Source of the DNA: Tubiluchus corallicola | Lineage: Eukaryota; Animalia; Priapulida | Direction: 5' to 3' | Assembly (NCBI GenBank): GCA_030141605.1 | Contig: JAQGDQ010000303.1 | Location: forward strand, 62,001-126,000 | DNA: 64,000 nucleotides | Shown: positions 62,401 to 64,000 of the stretch, piece by piece | Layout of the letters: every line of letters starts with the position of its first letter | Position numbering within the stretch: position 1 is the first letter of the stretch | Notes under the pieces: model-generated | The model's database searches: none | What the model was told of the DNA's origin: nothing | Seen by the model: only the letters and a program-made list of their open reading frames with translations | Program-made: the position numbers and the translations under genes

Positions 62401-64000
62401 CAAAACCATGTCCATGTGCTGGCATGTTTTTGTATGTTTGCCTGTTTATCTTTGTTTTATGACTGTTTATCTATCAAAGTAATTAGTCGAACATGTTCAA
62501 GATTTTGTGCCCTCATCTTCGCCATCCCTACTGAGCGTATATTAGTTTCCTTATGGGAGCTATTTGCGTTAAAATAACATAGTGCCACTTTTCCCCCAGA
62601 CATTTTTACCGTGTCATTTTTTTCTGTGCTATTCTGTCATGCTAGTAGTATGGCATTATTTGAGCATTTAGGATTTACCTTTTAAAATTTTCCAACATAA
62701 CAGAATTCGAAGTAAGGAAACATTTATTTTGTTTTTACTTTGACATGGTCTTGGAGAGTGAGCCTATTTAGTTTCTGAACTGTGAACTTGAAGATTTCTC
62801 TTACTTGCTATCATGTAAGTTTGAAAATCCGGCGAAACCATGTGGGCGAAACCACGTATGGGCTAAACACTCCGAAAGCTTCGTAAGAAAGTCTAAAGTC
62901 TCAATCAAAAAGGAGGTTGTGGATGAAAATGTTGCGATTTACTAAGAATAATACTTGCATTTATTTAGTTTGTAACCTTGTACCAGTTCATGCAAATTGC
63001 TGAGTGAACGTTTTGAAATAATGTAAGTACCATTTACATGCCGTCTTATTGCATACAGGACTTGTGTTAGTAGCAACTATGCACAGAAAGCCATTTGAAA
63101 CAATATGTAGAGTTTGAAGAAATAATCAGAGCATTACTTTATAATTATTATAAATATAATGTAATTATGTTGTCAGTAAGATCAATAATCAGTGGTGCAC
63201 ACTGGGATGGGTGATGCAGTGCCATTTTACCATATGGTGGAAACATTTTAAATTATTAAGAATTTTCTTTTTCAATTACATTAATTTTTCAAACAGGTAG
63301 CATAGTGCTGAGTAATATAACTTTTTTATGGAAAATTCTTGCAGATACTATATAGGCCTACTGTAAAAATCCCTCTTTTTCCTCTTTAAGCTATACCTAG
63401 GTAAATATTTGAAAATTTAAATAATAATAATTTCACCATCTAGTTAACCTCAGTGCCTCAATGGCTACAGTTGATTCAATGTTTTGGGTAAGTTATCGTT
63501 TTCAGCACCTCGGCTAAAGCGAGGGATTGCCATGTTTTGCCACACTGCCACCTTTGACCTACTGTCGATTGTGCAGTTGCCAGCTTACTGAGTTATTAGC
63601 ATACAGCATTGCAGTATTTCTCGATTTTGCCTGTTTCCTGGTGATCCTGCTACGAAATCATTTTTGCAGCTAGTTTATTGTTTGAAAAGATCTCACAGCT
63701 CTACATGTGCTCGGAGGGTTTTTATAAACATATTTTATTGTTCACAGTTTGTAATGCTTAGGTTTGGAGCATTTCGATTTTTTGTCTATAACACACTTGT
63801 TTTTCTATTGTTATTGTATTGTCTTAAGTACTAGATTTGATTAAACTGTAAATCAAGATGTTTAAAAAAATTTTTTGTAGGTGAATTCTAATGGATTCGT
63901 GTCATTTGGGACAGAAGTACCTAGTTATAACAATGTACCACTACCGCTTAATTTACCAGTAATTGCACCTTTCTATGCAGATATTGACACAACAGGAACT
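59448..64000 (+). CDS. NID: 5' part of a nidogen-like NIDO-domain protein; exons 59448-59639 and 63881->64000
   Basis: Signal peptide MELLHLVFLLFFVKQCAT, then FYPFG...DDFSTEEEFKLETPVVFFDRRYSSLF|VNSNGFVSFGTEVPSYNNVPLPLNLPVIAPFYADIDTTGT. Phase 0 GT-AG intron 59640-63880. The NIDO domain is clear, but orthology to nidogen rather than another NIDO protein needs the downstream exons. Confidence 0.85.
61170..62645. mobile_element. Same composite element in inverted orientation (copy B), in the nidogen intron
   Basis: GGTAAAAATGGCACA units at 61175-61235 and reverse units at 62580-62640. Inner segment TTTTTACCTCAGCCAAG...CTACTGAGCGTATATTAGTTT (about 61331-62548) aligns by eye with the reverse complement of 27418-27612. 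Confidence 0.65.

Overview
AT-rich genomic DNA from an invertebrate animal, with spliceosomal GT-AG introns, many microsatellites and DNA-transposon remnants. Most ORFs in the supplied track are noise. I rebuilt five spliced genes by hand with consistent intron phases. (1) The last two exons of a divergent ionotropic glutamate receptor/IR-family gene (+, 1-1550). (2) A complete 18-exon cyclic nucleotide-gated (CNG) channel gene of about 658 aa (-, 25223-2878), with an atypical pore (TIGGGANP, no Glu), Asn at the C-helix ligand-selectivity position and no evident CLZ. (3) A two-exon secreted coiled-coil C1q-domain protein of about 818 aa (-, 33310-30422), with a furin site and 64-aa internal repeats. 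(4) A three-exon, 97-aa agatoxin-like (ICK/knottin) neuropeptide precursor (+, 55242-57386); the ORF track misses its mature peptide. (5) The first two exons of a nidogen-like NIDO protein (+, 59448 to window end). Introns and intergenic DNA carry Harbinger, hAT, mariner-like and Helitron/Helentron-type remnants. All family assignments come from motif recognition, not database searches.
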